A DNA stretch of 63,759 nucleotides from Laetmonice hystrix (lineage: Eukaryota): assembly GCA_965235115.1 (NCBI GenBank), contig OZ249437.1, forward strand, positions 33,914,001 through 33,977,759. Direction: 5' to 3'. Within the stretch, counting starts at the first letter, position 1, and each line of letters begins with the position of its first letter. Under the pieces are notes generated by a model, which was given only the letters and a program-made list of their open reading frames with translations, was not told the origin of the DNA and did not search any database. The translations under genes were made by a program, and so were the position numbers. Below are positions 61,959-63,759 of this stretch, one piece after another.

Positions 61959-62627
61959 AGGGCACCTGTGAAATATCATAACGTGCCCGTACATGGTTTG
62001 CCTCAACTCTGCCCGGCTTGACTGTCAACGGCCACTCTTCGTGTCACTCGACGGCCAGAATCGAACTTCTTTGTAGGAAAGAAAATCCCAGCAACGCCAA
62101 ATGTTAGTTCTATATATTTTCATGTTTTCTTTTTATATTCCTTTTAACACTCAGTATGGAGGAGTAACTGAGAGAACAAAAATGACATCTCGTATTACTA
62201 ATGTGTAGGTGAATGCACGCACTAAACCTCGACCAAAGATTTTTGAGCTATAGTGGCATGCTCGCAGGCGTTCTAGTAGAGTATGCGCCAAACAGACGCC
62301 AATATTTCCGTGGCAAACCGCCGGCCACGTAGATAATTAACCCCAAGAGGCGAAGGTTTAGTTGTACAATTTCGGGTGACCTCAATACACATATGGTTGT
62401 TATCACAGGACTGGATATATGTTTCCGCGTAACCCTGTGGGCCTGCCGATAACATAGCTCCATTTTTCACAGGTATTGGCGTGTCGAGTATGGGAAACAG
62501 ATGCTTAAATGCGAAAAGTTTATGATTATGATTATGATTACGATGCCAGTGACAACGCCTTGTAATCATCATTGAGTATAATAAATTATAGAGTGGATCC
62601 TTTTGTTCACGCTATAGAGGGAAACAG

Positions 62628-63363
62628 CAGTGGTGTCGGGGGGGGGGGGGGCAGGGGGGCTAGTGCCCCGGTGTAACAATTTCAGATTACCCCCCCCCCC
62701 ATTGAAGTTACCCCCCGGTAATCTGAAGCTAGCTTCAAATTACCCCCCTCCCCCCAGTTTCAAGTTACAAAAATAAACTTCGGATAAAAAATGTTTCGCG
62801 CGTTAATTCAAATAGACCTAACCCTAAACTTACCTTAACCCTAACCGAGGGGCTTTTTGAAACCAACTTCAGATTACCGCGGGGTAATTTGAAGCTAGCT
62901 TCAGGTTACCCCCCGGTAACCTGAACAGGGGGGTAATTTGAAATTGGGACACCGGGACCCGGACTAGTTGTGGGGCGATAGGAATGTGTCAGTAGGGGAT
63001 CCAGGATTTTGAGAAGGGGGGACTCACCTAAAAAAATATCTTGAGGAGTAAGGGGGCCCGTGAGTTGTGCTGTACAGGGGCCCGAATTTCAGGTTACCCC
63101 CCCCCCCCATCAGATTACCGGGGGGGGGGGGGGTAACCTGAAGTTAACTTTAAATTACCCCCCGGTAATCTAAAGTTGGTTTCAAAAAGCCCCTCGGTTG
63201 GGGTTAAGGTAAGTTTAGGGTTAGGTCTATTTGAATTATCGGGTGTGTGGTAATTTGAAGTTAACTTCCGATTACCGGGGGGGGGGGGGGTTAACTTCAA
63301 TGGGTGCGTGTGTGTGTGTGTGTGTGTGTGGGGTAATCTGAAATTGTTACACCGACGCCACTG
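62628..63363. mobile_element. 736-bp hAT-type MITE with long inverted arms (foldback-like)
   Basis: Termini CAGTGGTGTCGG / CCGACGCCACTG with an exact 8-bp TSD GGAAACAG (62620-27, 63364-71). Internal inverted blocks include AATTCAAATAGACCTAACCCTAAACTTACCTTAACC and its reverse complement near 63200-63237. Confidence 0.85.
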
Positions 63364-63759
63364 GGAAACAGTGGTAACGCTTAATTAAAACGCGACACAC
63401 ATGACGGTCGGTCGGTCCAGCGCTTCATTACAAGCGACCCCCGCAGTATGATCGTCCTCACCTTTCTGATGGTTATCTGACCAAACCCGGCCTCACACTG
63501 TCACTCGACTTGCCCCGAGTTGACCTAACCAGGTTGGAACAGGTAGTTGTGTATAATAACACGCGCTCGCTCCGCCACAGTAGAGACTGTAACTTGGTAA
63601 CTATATGTGTGGGGAGTATAAAGGGTGGATGATGTGAGCGCCTCCACCTCTTGGTTTTTGTTCTTAGCACATTGTGAGTCATGATGCATATATATCAACA
63701 ATTACATAGGCCTATTATTTATTCATCCCGTATCTATCAACCCCCCATCCCTCAGCCCC

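Overview
AT-rich, intron-rich animal genomic DNA. My guess is a marine invertebrate deuterostome (echinoderm-like), inferred only from protein similarity and repeat style. Five genes can be assembled by hand with consistent splice phases: a non-muscle myosin regulatory light chain (minus), MED23 (plus, 34 coding exons, with one AT-AC and one GT-AG U12-type intron), GPATCH4 (minus), an unrecognised 3-exon 232-aa gene (plus), and a secreted SVWC + ShKT protein (plus). MRLC/MED23 and GPATCH4/orphan are arranged head-to-head. Introns carry many small TIR/TSD-bounded non-autonomous transposons and a tRNA-derived SINE. The most unusual signal is that all three large minisatellites sit on or against a 3' splice site. 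The two in MED23 are tandem copies of the real intron-exon junction, giving about 25 and 21 decoy acceptors. The decoys differ from the functional last copy by a competing upstream AG, hnRNP A1-type motifs or immediate stop codons. The third array is a chain of symmetric phase-1 exon-like cassettes between the SVWC and ShKT domains. All coordinates were read by eye, and no database or RNA evidence was available.
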